Source of the DNA: Octopus sinensis
Taxonomy: Eukaryota
Assembly (NCBI RefSeq): GCF_006345805.1
Contig: NC_042997.1
Location: 18,538,001-18,602,000, forward strand
DNA length: 64,000 nt
Reading direction: 5' to 3'
Shown here one piece after another: positions 41,576 through 54,689 of the stretch. A model generated the notes under the pieces. That model made no database searches, had not been told where the DNA came from, and worked only from the letters and a program-made list of their open reading frames with translations. Both the position numbers and the translations under genes were made by a program. Positions within the stretch are counted from its first letter, which is position 1. Every line of letters begins with the position of its first letter.

Positions 41576-41842
41576 CAGAAACGAAGAAACGCTTTCCCTA
41601 AGATCGTGTATAAACTTATCTCACATTCTTGAAAAAAATCTTATAATGAATGAAGAAATGAATTAATATATAAATGGAAAATTGCACACTAAAAAGCAAA
41701 AATTATACATTTATTAAGTAATAAGGAACAATACATACAAACTTATAAATAGTAATAATTATAGCAGTGGTAATAATAGCAACAACAGCAACTGCTGCAT
41801 TAACCAAAGATAGATTTTGAAAACGTTGTGGGTTACAAGAAA

Positions 41843-41994
41843 ATGTTGGACGTAAGTCATTCCCAGAAATGCAAATATTGTGGGTGAAGTTTGTCGCAAG
41901 AAAGAGTACTTCTTTGCAAAAGTGACCTGTCTATGTTTTAACACAGAGTAGGGAACAGTTAAAAAGAACCTTGGCCGACGTGCAGTTAGGGTTG
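41843..41994 (+). other. Candidate first coding exons (41843-41851 and 41947-41994)
   Basis: ATG TTG GAC|gtaagt, a 95-nt intron ending ttttaacacag, then a 48-nt exon with a second gtaagt donor; reads MLD-SREQLKRTLADVQLGL. Confidence 0.35.
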
Positions 41995-42640
41995 GTAAGT
42001 ACTCCCTAAACCGTCGTTGGGCCGATAGAAATTGTTATTTAAAACTGGGACTGGGGTGAGAAGATAGTCAAATCTCGAATGCTACAAGAGGTTGGTGTTC
42101 TGGTATACAAATAAAATACATACCAGTCCATCCAATAGTTCAGCAAAGAACGTATATATCTACTTGAAATCGGAGAGTACAAGCCTATTTAGTTGTCTAA
42201 CATCAATGACTATATAACGTTTGACTCAATCTTCTTCAGCATCCTTTCTAATTTTGTATAATAGTTGAATCCCTCAGACTTAACTAACTGCCGTTTCTGT
42301 GATTACTTTTTCGTTCTTCAATTCTGAATTGGTGCTCCTAATTGAAATAACTTGGTTTTGTGCACAATTATTCTATTTATGCCCAAAACTCAAAGTTGCA
42401 CTCATCCTTTTACAAAAATATCTCTTGATGCTATTTATGTTTCCAAATTTGATTAACATCTGGGATTCTAATATTACTCCAGTACATTTTTACTTTGAAA
42501 AGACCTGAAATTAATTTATATCCCTATTCTATCATCGCCGCTGCTAGTCACAGTTCCAAAAATGTGCGAAGGTGTCATTTTATGAAACTTTCCTTTCGCG
42601 CACTTCTTATCTACAGAATACAGTATATCATACAAATTAA

Positions 42641-43178
42641 TCAGACATCGAATGATAGAAGAAAATCTTTGGTATTGTTCTCATACTCATCGACTTCTGT
42701 TTTTTGAGAGATTTTTCTATGCATCTTTAGGAAGCTGTGCGCTGTTTCAGGTGGCCCACCTCTTCCTCCAGCCATGCAATTGCGTCTGGTTGAGAAACGA
42801 AAACTCTCGCCTTCTTTATTATTTCTTCGCGAATAATATCGTGACTTTGTTAAATTTATTTCTTTGAAGTTGTTGTTGTTGGAACTATTTTTATTGGAAT
42901 TGCTATTTTTTAAAATCATTTTCGTACATATTAGTGGTGTTGTTATGAATGTTGTTGCTGATATTGTTACTGTTACTTTTTGTTGTTAATGTTCTTCTTG
43001 CCAGTCTTATCGACTTTGATGAATGTTTTTTTTTCGGAGTATTATTGCCATTATTTCCAATTTTTCTTTCACCTTCCACCTGTGAAAGAGGATTGTCGCT
43101 CTTACGTTCGGAATCTGCTCTCACCAATACTTCAGTAGTAATTACTTGCCTTGTCGACAAACGATAATTAAAGTTCAA
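42641..43178 (-). other. Two overlapping Asn/Ser-rich ORFs joinable by a 1-nt shift in an A6 run; possible first exon
   Basis: ORFs 42903-43178 and 42641-42919 overlap at GATTTTAAAAAATAG; the region is CpG-richer than background; a GA|gtatga donor lies near 42684. Confidence 0.3.
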
Positions 43179-43349
43179 GTATCTTTTCCTCGAGGGGAAA
43201 TATTTTTCAAAAACAAAAACAAAAGTTCTTTTCCGTTTACGAAATATATTACAAATATACTAAAACAATAAAAAATGACTTACATCTGATGTAAGTAATT
43301 AATTGACCAGACATTTGTTCAGCCCATCTTACTTAATCTGCTGTCAATA

Positions 43350-43560
43350 ATAATTGTTTCTAATTTTGGAAAAAGACAAGATGTTTTGAGGGGAAGGGGC
43401 TAGTCGATACCAGCTAACTTGACAGGCATTTTATAGGTTCTGAAAGGATGAAGAGCAAAGTTGACAACAGCAGGTTTTGAACTTTGAAGGTAAAGACCTG
43501 GAAAAAAAATATTAGAAAGTATTTTGTCCAACTTTCTAACGATTCAGTCAATCAATTACG
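43350..43560 (-). mobile_element. Old family A SINE
   Basis: AAAGGATGAAGAGCAAAGTTGAC..TTTGAACT core on the reverse strand. Confidence 0.65.
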
Positions 43561-43601
43561 ACTTCAGAAGAGAAGTACTTCTAATTTGACAAAAACTTAT
43601 T

Positions 43602-43988
43602 CTTTTCTACCCTAGGCACAAAATTTTTGGAGAGGGGGCCAGTTGATTAGATTGACTTCAGTATGCAACTGGTATTTAATTTATCGACCCCCGAAAGGAT
43701 GAAAGGCAAAGTCGACCTCGGCGGAATTTGAACTCAGAACGTAGCGGCAGACGAAATACCTATTTCTTTACTACCCACAAGGGTCTAAACACAGAGGGGA
43801 CAAACAAGGACAGACAAACGGATTAAGTCGATTATATCGACCCCAGTGCATAACTGGTACTTAATTTATCGATCCCGAAAGGCAAAGTCGACCTCGGCGG
43901 AATTTGAACTCAGAACGTACCGGCAGACGAAATACCGCTAAGCATTTCACCCGGCGTGCTAACGATTCTGCCAGCTCACAGCCTTTTA
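43602..43988 (-). mobile_element. Composite (dimeric) family A SINE with 13-bp TSD
   Basis: ACAAAAACTTATT at 43589-43601 and 43989-44001; same two-monomer layout as 8407-8826. Confidence 0.9.
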
Positions 43989-44269
43989 ACAAAAACTTAT
44001 TGTGAACCCCGTGAAGATAGAAGTACAAAAATGAGCCCAAAGAAAATATTGTAACTAATTCCCACAAAATATTTTGCGTGGCACGTTACTGATTCTAACT
44101 TGCACCAAAATAATAAAGAATGTCTTCCTTTGATGCAAGACCACAAATATGGGGAGAATATGATTGATTAATGTGACACAATTCTTGAACTATACTTACA
44201 TAATCAACTCTCAGATGAGTGAAAGGTAAAGTCTGTTTCGATGGAAATTGAACTCAAACTGTAAAGAGA

Positions 44270-45360
44270 TCATCATCGTCATCATCATCTTCATTTAATG
44301 TCCATTTTCCATGCTGGCATGGGTTGGACTGTTTGACATGAACTAACCATCTGAAGAGCTGTCCAGGTTCCATGTCTGTTTCGGCATGGCTTCTACAGCT
44401 GGAGGCCCTTCCTAACGCCAACCATTTTACAAAGTGTACTGGGTGTTTTTATGTAGCATTGGCATGACTGTGTTTACATGGAATTGGTACAGATGCTTTC
44501 TACGTGGCATCAACACCTACAATCCCGCAAGATTAGGAATGCCCAGCTGAAGAGAGATGCAGGGGACAATTCTGTATGCAAGGACAACCACGCTTTTACT
44601 TAGCTTGACGTGTCTTTTGAAGCACAGCAATCCACTAGGAGTTTTGGTTCCCTGTTATCACCTCTGTGAGTCCCAACGTCCTTTCTCACTACTTCGTCCC
44701 ACGTCTTCCACATATTCCCTCTACAATTAGTGATCGGCACCTCTTGATGCAATTGTCTTCATTCATATACATTACATGGCCGCACCAGCATGGTCTTCTC
44801 TTTTGCACGCTACATCTAATGCCTCGTATACTCAGTTTTTCTCTCAAATCACTTACACTCTATCTGCAAACTAACTTTGCCCATCCAGCGGAGCATACTG
44901 GCTTAATTTCTTTCAAGCTTTTGAATACCCTCAGTCGTAACAGCCCATGTCTCACTGTCATGTAGCATAGCATGCGTACACAAGCATCATACAATCTGAT
45001 CTGCCTTTTACTCTAAGAAAGAGGCCCTTCATTACTAACAGAGTTGGTAACTCTCTGAACTTCGTCAAACCAATTCTTATTCTAGTAGCTACGCTTTTGG
45101 AACAACCTCCCCCACTACTAACTTTGTCACCAAAGTAATGGAAACTTTATTACTTCTAAGGATACCCCCTGACATTTGAGGGATTCTATTTTCTGTATAT
45201 TCCTGGTGTTTACTGTACCTGCATATCTGCTATATGTGAAGACTACTTTTTCTGTTTGTCTTCCAGTGATACTGCTACATCTTTTATGTGTTCATAGCTT
45301 GCACCGGGTGCACCCAATGGAGTGTCTCCTTACACCTTTTCAAATTGTAAAGAGATATAA
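44270..45360 (-). mobile_element. 5'-truncated RTE LINE with 3' UTR and (GAT)n tail
   Basis: FGDKVSSGGGCSKSVATRIRIGLTKFREL..KGLFLRVKG and GRRGTK-like C-terminal segments, followed by the AGGAAGGGC..CCAGC UTR and GATGATGAT. Confidence 0.85.
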
Positions 45361-45416
45361 AATCTATATAATATAAGGTATTTTGTTCAACCTACTACTA
45401 CTACTACTACTACTAC

Positions 45417-45432
<16 letters not shown>

Positions 45433-45448
<16 letters not shown>

Positions 45449-46345
45449 TGTTTCAAATTTTGGCACAAGGACAGCAAGTTAGGGGAGGGGATAAGTCGAG
45501 TTAATCAATCTCAGAGTTCAGTTGGTATTTATTTTATTGACTGTGAAAAGATGAATGGCTAAGTTGCCCTCAGCAAAATTTGAACTCAGAATGTAAAGAC
45601 AGATATGTTACTAAGCATCTAGCTGGGCATGCTAGCAATTCTACCAGCTCACTGCCTTTGATAACAACAACAACAACAATAATAATGGATTCAAACTTTG
45701 GTACAAGTTTTTTTTTGTGAGATGGGGTAAGACGATTAGATTGACCCAGTACTTGACTGGTACTATTTTATTGACCCTGAAAGGATGAAAGGCAAAGCCG
45801 ACCTTGGCAGAATTTGAACTTGGAATTAAAGATGGATGAAATACCAATAAGCATTTTGCCCAGCATACTAACCATTCTGCCAGCTGACCACCTTTGATAA
45901 TAATATTAATAATAACTCCCAAAATTGGCAGAAAGCCACAAATTTTGGGTGAGAGTTTAGTAGATTAAATCATCTCTACTATTTCATTGGTACCTTATTT
46001 TATCCTGAAGGGTGAACGTGAAGGCTGGCCTCAGTAGGATTTTAAGTCAGAATGTAAAGGATTGGAATAAATACTTACAAAACATTTGTCCAATGTTCTA
46101 ACAATTCTACCAGTGGTTTCTTAAATAGACAGAATGCTTCATATTTTGAGAAAAGGGAATAGTTGATTAGATAAGCACAACTGGCACTTTATTTTATTGA
46201 CCTAGGAAGTGGTACTTATTTTATTGACTTAGGAAGGAGGAATAAAGTAAACCCAACCACAGGGAGATTTGATTTTAGAATGCAACAGGACATAACAGAA
46301 TACTACAAGATAATTTCATTCTAGCAATTTAGCCCATCTACTGCC
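45433..46345 (-). mobile_element. Head-to-tail array of four family A SINEs separated by (AAT)/(AAC)n
   Basis: Copies at about 45449-45660, 45687-45896, 45915-46115 and 46140-46345; a further plus-strand fragment at about 46375-46480. Confidence 0.8.
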
Positions 46346-48837
46346 TTAATTACCCTGATAATGTATATAGTCCTTTAATTTCTGAATTCAAGTCCTTCCA
46401 AAGTCAACTTTGTTGTTCATCCTTCCAGGAGTGATACATTTAAATACCAATCAAGTACAGGGACTAATTTACTTGAATGTACCTTATTACACTTTTGGCC
46501 AATTGATTAAGGTGTTGGCTCACAATCATAATGTTGGGGGTTTCATTCCTAAACTGGGTGGTGCATTGTGTCTTTAGGCAAGGCATTCTATTTCATTTCA
46601 TACTGCTCCTGTTTATTCAAGGGCAATGAAGACCAGTCAGTTGCTGATACAGCTCTCTTCTCATCCTCTCATATCCTTGATGTTCTGCTGGATCAGGTTT
46701 GGGAGGGTTAAGGGGCTATGTCTGCTTGCAAATGCATGGGTAACTAAAAAAATACTGAAAGCATAGTATATGCCATCACGTCATACTTACAGCAATGGAT
46801 TATTTTTTTACCCTCTCCAAAAATGCAAGATCTTGTACCATTATTAGAAATCAATAATAATAATATTTCCAGTTGTTTACTTAAAATCTGGTGAGGAATA
46901 TGTTCCGTAGTGGAAGATTTCAGATTTTATGAAGTATATATTGACAGGTGCATATATAAAGGTAAAGTAAAATTATAAAAGTGGTTTAAAGGTAATTGAT
47001 AATTCTAAATCCTGAAAGCTAACATAATCAACCGGTAGTAGTTCTTTGATATATTAAAAGCAACTAAAAAGTGTCATTGAAATGGAATTTTTAATTCAAA
47101 GAAGTGCCTAATGCAATGTATGAAACCAGAAATCCAATAAAAATAAGAATTATAGTTTCAACTTTGAGCTCTTGAAAGTGTCTCAGGTACATATATATGT
47201 GTTTGTGTGGGTGTGTTTCTGTAGGCATGTGTGAAAATGAATACTTATACACATATACGGTTACACATACATGCAATAAATAAAATTGTTCATTTTATCA
47301 TTGAATGGAAAAATGTGATTTGTATATACATATACATACATGCATACATACATGTGTGTGTATGTGAGTGTGTACTATGTATATATAATAAATTATAGTA
47401 CATAGCTATACTTGCACACATGTTCATATGACAACTGTCATATCTAGATGTTTGAGGTGCAGGTGTCAGATTACAGTATTGCAATAGGTGCAATTACTTC
47501 TGACCAGAACTTTGCCTAGAATAATTCAGTTAGCTTTGAAATTTAATGTAAAAATAAAACTTTGGAAATCATTGCAGTTATGAATGTTGTTTATTTTATG
47601 TTTTTTATATTTTGTCATTCTGGTTATTTCTTTTCCTCATTTTTGCTTCCATTTCTTTTCAATTTTCTTAGAGGTTTTCATTTGAAGATCTCTATTTATT
47701 TATTTTTAGTTTCATTTTGTTTTTCGTTACATGGATCATATACAATGCAAAGAAGAAGCATTATGATTCAGAGAGCAAGTTATGCCAGTTCCAGATGCAG
47801 AAGACAAAAAGCAGGAAAGGCTGTAAAGGAGAGAATTCCAATGCAAAAAATAAATACATAAACAAACAAATAAACAAACAAATAATAATAATAATAATAA
47901 TGATAATAATAATAATAATGATAATAATAAATGGATTAATAAATAAAGTGAAAACAAATAACAGTAATAATAACGATTTCTTGGGAATTAAAATATTTCT
48001 TGTTAATAAAACCATATCTTCTCTTGTTGAATAAATTTCCTTCAAGGGTAAAGAGAAAGAAAAAGAACTGAGAGAGGAAAAAGAGTGAGTGGATGTGTAA
48101 ACAGGAAGCTGATCTAGAAGAAAAGCAACATTTATAAATGGAAGTGTTACAAAATAAGGCAGGGAGAGACAAATGATACTGCGTGAGTGTGAACAGGAAA
48201 AGGAAAAGGAGAAAAAATATGGAAAATAAAATTTTTAAAAAATGAAAAAAAAAAATGTAAAATGTTTTCGTCTACAAAATAAAATTAAGCCAAAAATATA
48301 CACAACAACATCAGAATAGAATCTGCAAATATTTTATAAGAGTGAAATAAAAAGAAAGAAAAATGTGAAATAAAATTATAATTTGAGAGGTAAAGCAAAC
48401 AAATAACTAGATTATTTCAGAGAAGTAAATCTGCAGTAAAAGTAGTAAATCAACTGAAGAAGAAATATCTAAGATATTGATATTGTCTGAATTAAAACTC
48501 TTGTAGTATATACTTTACTTGTTAATCAACAGCTATCATTTCACTAAACTCAAGTAGTATTGCCTAACAGCCAAGTGTTCAATTGCCTATTAAAACCAAT
48601 ATTCATTAAGTTGTTTTATAGAAAAGAGAGAGAGAGAGAGAGAAGACAGACAGACAGATGTCAATCAGACAGACAGAGAAAGCAGGTAGAGGGTTAAATA
48701 AATAAAGAAAATGTTCTGGTATTAATTGATTCTTTTAAATTCTTCTAAGTAGCAAAGAAATAGATTCAAAATGTATTTTTAGTTTTTATTTTATTAACAG
48801 ATCTCTTTATGCTATATATGTGTGAGAGTGTACCTTG

Positions 48838-48871
<34 letters not shown>

Positions 48872-49274
48872 GCACAAGTTTGTAAAACATGTTGCAAATA
48901 ATGGGATATTTGGTTATGCAGAAATAAAAATAAAATTTTCAGAAAGATGATAATGTACAAATTGTGTTATATTTTAAGAATGAAATCCATTTCTTTTACA
49001 TTTATAGAAATGGTTATGTAATAAATAATTTAATTAAGTCATTTTTTTCAAATAAACCATTCAAACATTTGAAGCCTCTCACCCACTATGCCTGCTTTGA
49101 GCAAAATTTGCTCTTCATTTATTATCATATAAACTGTGACTTGCAGGACTTGCAGGAGGTTAGGATATGAATGTGACATAGGAAAATCTAGAAGAAATTA
49201 ATGGATGCTATTGCCCAGAATGTTGTTATCACCAACAACAACAACATCCTTTTTCATTACCATCATCGTTGTTA

Positions 49275-49555
49275 TTATTTGGACCGGGCTGCGTGTTGTG
49301 TTCTTGAGCAAGGCACTTTATTTCACGTTGCTCCAGTTCACTCAGCTGTAGAAATGAGTTGCGACGTCACAGGTGCCAAGCTGTATTTCCCTTTGTCTTT
49401 CCCTTGGATAACATCGGTGACGTGGAGAGGGGAGGCTAGTTTGCATGGGCGACTGCTGGTCTTCCATAAACAACCTTGCCCGGACTTGTGTCTAGGAGGG
49501 TAACTTTCTAGGTGCAATCCCATGGTCATTCATGACCGAAGGGGGTCTTTACCCT
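49275..49555 (+). mobile_element. Family D SINE
   Basis: GTGTTCTTGAGCAAGGCACTTTATTTCACGTTGCTCCAG core; CATGACCGAAGGGGGTCTTTACC end. Confidence 0.85.
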
Positions 49556-50537
49556 TTATTATTTCATGGTGGTATGGATATCATCACACGTTGTATTCCA
49601 CTTTCACCCACAGCATCAAAGACAACTGGTCAACATAGTTGTTTTGTATTTCTCAAAAGTGTAGACTACATATTTTTGTCATTTCCCCAGCACTAAAGGG
49701 ATTTTCCCATGTGAAAGGACTAAAAATTCATTTCTGCTCTGAAACAATTTTTATTCAAGTCTGGAATTATTGCTTGTACTATGACTTTTTCAGTCTGCAT
49801 TTTATTTCTTAGCTTCGTGTTTGGCATGGCTTCAATGACTGGATGTTCTTTCTTCCATCAATCAATCACTTTACAAAGTGTACTGCTTGCACTTTATTAC
49901 TCCTTTGTCTTGCTATGTTCCTTCATCTAATTACATGTTGTGAACCTTCTTATTCCAAACTTTTCCAAAACCCAGGTGCATTACGTTATGCTACCAGCAC
50001 CAGCACTCTATGTGGAATGACAAAAGAGTCCTACATTGTATTTATTCATTGAACGAAGGCAAAGCCTGTGACACAGCCTCCTTTCAATTTGTTAATTGTT
50101 TTCAGTTTCACACATAAATTTCTTCAAGCTTGCTTGTATGGCATGAAGTTTAAAAGTTTCAAACAGCTGTTTTCCCAAATGGATGCCTTCACTAATTTCT
50201 CAACTATAAAGTATGAGTATAGTTGTTTGTCAACCAGCTACACTAAGATAACAAAAAAGTTGTACATTTTTTCACCAAACTCTACAAAATTACTACAAAA
50301 GGGTTTGAATACATGCTTATGTGCTCAATGGTTGTGGCTATTTAATTGCATGGCTGTTGCTTTTCAAATAGGAAGTGTTACTTGTGAAAATTTCTCAAGA
50401 AAGTTTAGTTCAAGTTAGCAAAGTTAAGCATATGATGAAAATTGTTTCTTTCATCTATATGAAATATATTGATAACTGGTCAGGAAAAAATATTGAGGAA
50501 AAGAGACAGATAAATTGATATATATATATAGATAGAT

Positions 50538-50577
<40 letters not shown>

Positions 50578-50760
50578 GGGTGGTGATGGAAGAAAAGCAT
50601 GATGTTGAGTTACAATAGTTATGGTCGTGTCTGTTATCTGTTTACTTAGCAAATGATATGATTAAATATGAAAATTTGCCTTGGTAAAGTAGCTAAGGAA
50701 ATAGAGCATTTGATTTTAAATTCATAAAAAGAGTACTATGGTACAAACTGAATCACATAA

Positions 50761-52016
50761 TATTGGGTCATCCCATAAATGATGCAGTTTTTTCAATTGC
50801 ATGAACTAAAAGTTGGAGGGAGACAGGATAAACTACCTGTATCAACTTGCTATAAAAGCAGGTAGTAATTTTACCTTGTGTTTATGAAGAGTACAGTTTG
50901 ATTTTAACATTTATTTTTTTTGAAAGCTATAATGGAAGTGACAAAGGAGCATATTTGGCATATTTTGCTTTATGAGTTCAATAAAGGCAATGGAAAGTGC
51001 AAAGAATATTAATGTAGTATATGGGGATTGTACAATAAGCGTAAGCTAGCATCAATGGTGGTTCCAGAAATTCTAAGCCGGAAACTACAGCTTAGAAAAC
51101 GAGCCTCATCCTACAAGATCTGTAGAGCTCAATGAGAACGTCTTGCAAACCCTCGTGAAACAAAATCCCATTGTCGCTGTTGAGGAACTAGCAAGAGAAG
51201 CTTGAATTTGGTCATTCAACAATTCATTGACACCTGCATGCCATCGAAAAGTCAGCAAATAGGATCAACGGGTTCCTCACAAACTTTTCGGGTTTAATCG
51301 AGTGCAGAGAGTGAATGTGTGCTCTTCTTTGTTGTCATGCCTCCCGAATGAACACTTTTTGGACTGAATAGTGACTGGTAATGAGAAAAGGGTTCTCTAT
51401 TAAAATGTCAAGCACTGAAGACAGTGGGTAGAGAAAGAAGAAACACTGGCACCCCAGGCTAAGGAAGGTCTTCACTCACGTTATCTGTTTGGCCAGATAT
51501 GAAAGGTTTAGTCCACTTTGAACTTTTAAACCCAAATCAAACGATAATAAAGGAGTTCTACTGCAAGCAGCTTGAGCAGCTTAAGTCAGCGCTAGAAGAA
51601 GAACGACCATTTTTGGTTTCAAGATGAAATGTGTTCCTTCATCAAGATTATGTTCAGCCACATACAGCGAGGATGACATTCCGAAGGCTGGAGCAATTTG
51701 GATGGAAAACGATGCCCCACCCACCATATTCACTTGACATCGCCCCATCTGATTATCATTTATTCCACAGTTTTCCAAATCATTTAGATAGAAAAATATG
51801 AATTCTGTAGGCAAGGTCAGAACAGTACTGGAGAAGTATTTTTCATCACAGACAAGTGAATTTTGGAAGAGGGGCTTTGCAAGTCTACCAGATAGATGGA
51901 AGAGCATTCTAGAAAATGAAGGAGAGTATACTTTAGATTAAAAAAACTTTGTTTATCTTTATTTTGAAAAATAAAAGAAGTATAAAAATACACATTATTT
52001 ATGGGATGACCCAATA
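50761..52016 (+). mobile_element. Mariner (Hsmar1/SETMAR-like) transposon, near full length, pseudogenised
   Basis: TIRs TATTGGGTCATCCCATAAAT and ATTTATGGGATGACCCAATA; MEVTKEHIWHILLYEFNKG, VTGNEK, HQDYVQPH and HPPYSLDIAPSDYHLF motifs. Confidence 0.93.
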
Positions 52017-52769
52017 TATTTGTGGTATCAACTGAATCAACATGTCATCATGAGGATAATATTAATTTATAACAAAGGCACAGAGTCACTAGATTTACCA
52101 ACAGTTACTCATTACCATCTGTATCTAACCTGGCATTATTAACTCTTGTAATAATCCACCTCCCTTTATGAGAATCATGGCCAGCTGTATAATCATGATA
52201 GGCACTAAGGTCCACCATCCTCATTCCAACATTACTTCCAAACAGTTAGGAAAACTGTTGCTAGTGTCTGATTTTTTTCTGACATGCCTTAATGCTTTAG
52301 GATTTAAACGGGCCACATCTGGCCACAATATTCTACCTGTTTTAAGTTGGAAGTGGCCAGATTCAACCTCTCACACCTACTTTTCAATGTCATTCTAAAA
52401 GTAAACAATCATATCATAGAAATCCCAAAGCTACAAGATAATGCATGATTAATTCAAAACATTGTGAATAAATAGAAATTACATTTAACAGAGAATTTGA
52501 ATGCTAAAGGGTAAAAGCAGTTCATAGATCACTTAGATAGCTCCAAGAGAACTACTTCAGCAGCATATCCATCCACATATGATTTTCATAGACTGTATAT
52601 TGTTTCTCTATATTGCTTAATTCTTCTTGTGGTTGATGAATCAAACTGAGTGCAATACTGTACTTATCCTTCTTCTCTTGTTGCACAGTTTTGCATTTGA
52701 TGCACCTATTACCTGCACAAAGAAAGTCAAAATTTACTTCCTGGAGGATGGCTTCTCAGGTTAGGTTGG

Positions 52770-52985
52770 AAGAAGAGGAAGAAGAAGAAGAATATAAAGC
52801 TGAAGATGATGATTATGATGAAAACATGGGAATGTGGAGAAAGAAGAAGAAGAAGTGGAAGAGGAGAAGTAAGAAAAGAAAGATGAGGAGAAGAAAGACA
52901 AGATGAGAAGAAAGAGAAGAAAAAGAAGATTAAGATGAAGAAGACCAAGAGTTATGATGGTGATAATGATGATGATGATGATGAT
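52770..52985. repeat. Purine-rich (GAA)/(GAG)/(GAT) low-complexity tract
   Basis: Source of the E/K/R-rich ORF 52691-52906. Confidence 0.85.
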
Positions 52986-54689
52986 TGAGAAAACAGAAAT
53001 CTCTGATATTAATGAGAATTTCTTAAATAGGAATGAATCGTTAGTCAAGTAGAGTTAAGTGTCTTTCCAAACCCATGTAACACAATGCTTGCAGTGGGAT
53101 GTGATCTTATGACCCGGAAGCTGAGGATAATACTCATAATAATTATGAGAATTCTATCATTCGTTGCTGATTAGTGAAGAATGGAACACTTTCTAATTGT
53201 TCCCTATTGATCCTCTATAATGCAAATTACTCACAATTGATTGTGTATTTGACAGACTTTTGTGTTCCACAAAAGGATAGACATAGAACTGTCATAGATT
53301 AAAATTATTCATTTCTTCTGCTTCCAGTTATTAATGAGATTTCTCTTGTACAAGATTAGGCCTTGCCATAAGCTTTGATTTTGCTATATATTCATATATT
53401 GAACAAATCGGTTGAAAATGCTAGACTTAAGATGACAGAATCCTCACGTGAGATGAGATAGTAAAAGATGAAGATGTAGATCCTGATAATCTACCATGTT
53501 AGTGTAGCATGGATATATCAATAAAGGATGAGGGCTTTATGATAATATTCCTAAAGCTACTGTTGAAAGACGAAAATCTGTCTCAAGGTATTAGGAACAA
53601 AGGTTGATATAGTAAGGGTTCACCTTTTATGACAGCAGTCAGATAGCTTGATTGTTTACAACAGTCAGTTTAACCTTTCTCAATAACATTAAAGAAAATA
53701 TAGAAACTGTTTACTATTCTACACATGCAAAAATTTGATTTCAATTCCTTCTTAAGGCTATTTTTGTTTCGGCCCCATCACTGTTGCCTTTGGAAAGTCA
53801 TTCCTCTCCCATGGGTATTTTTGCCTCTTAATTTTTCCATGAGATTTCCTCTTTTGTTAGCTTTTACTAACTTTTTTGAAAAGGTGATAAATCATCTGTG
53901 TGTATTTTACAAGAGAAACTTTAAAAACACCCTGGTAAAATACATCAATAAGGAAATATCTGTGCAGTAACTTATCATCCAAGAAATGGTAGCATGCGAA
54001 GGCCAAGGCTTGAATGCCAAACAAAAGAATTTTTTGACACAGAAATATTTTTCCCAACACAAGTGACTGCTGTCAGAGAACAATAAATTTTCATGAAGTG
54101 GCTCAAAAACACCAATAATGTAAGTATCTTCAGAAGTCACCAAAATACTTATACAAATACAAAAAAAAAATATTACAAATACTCCAGAAAAATGCAAGAC
54201 ATTGCAGCAAAAATAACAATTACAACAACAACAGCAATGATAAAGACAAGAGTCATTTCTTTCTCTCTTCCCAACATCACAAGTGTATGCAGAATACATT
54301 GATAACATATACACTTCACATAATAATAAACTTTGTAAACGTGATTTTTAAAACATTTTGTTATATATTATCCACATTAAAATCAATTTTATTGTATTAA
54401 AAGATTTTATCTTCACACACAACATTCACATAAGAAACATTCTTATTTCCTCACTACAGAAATTTCTATACTCCAAACTATACTCAGATCTGATTAGCAT
54501 ACAGCAGGGGTGGTATTATAATACATATAGAAAAACTTGATTCAGTATATAAATATCACAAATGACTTTCATGAATTGATAGGTGCTGACACTTCACTAG
54601 AAACATAGACTTTGAAATACAAACCAACATAGCACTCACACATATGTATATACGACTGACATTACCATTATAACACTGTATCACTCTTA

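Noticed and set aside
52691-53048. E/K/R-rich and F/L/S-rich ORFs
   Set aside because: Products of the GAA/GAT tract; only the first 71 nt look like an exon, in a different frame.
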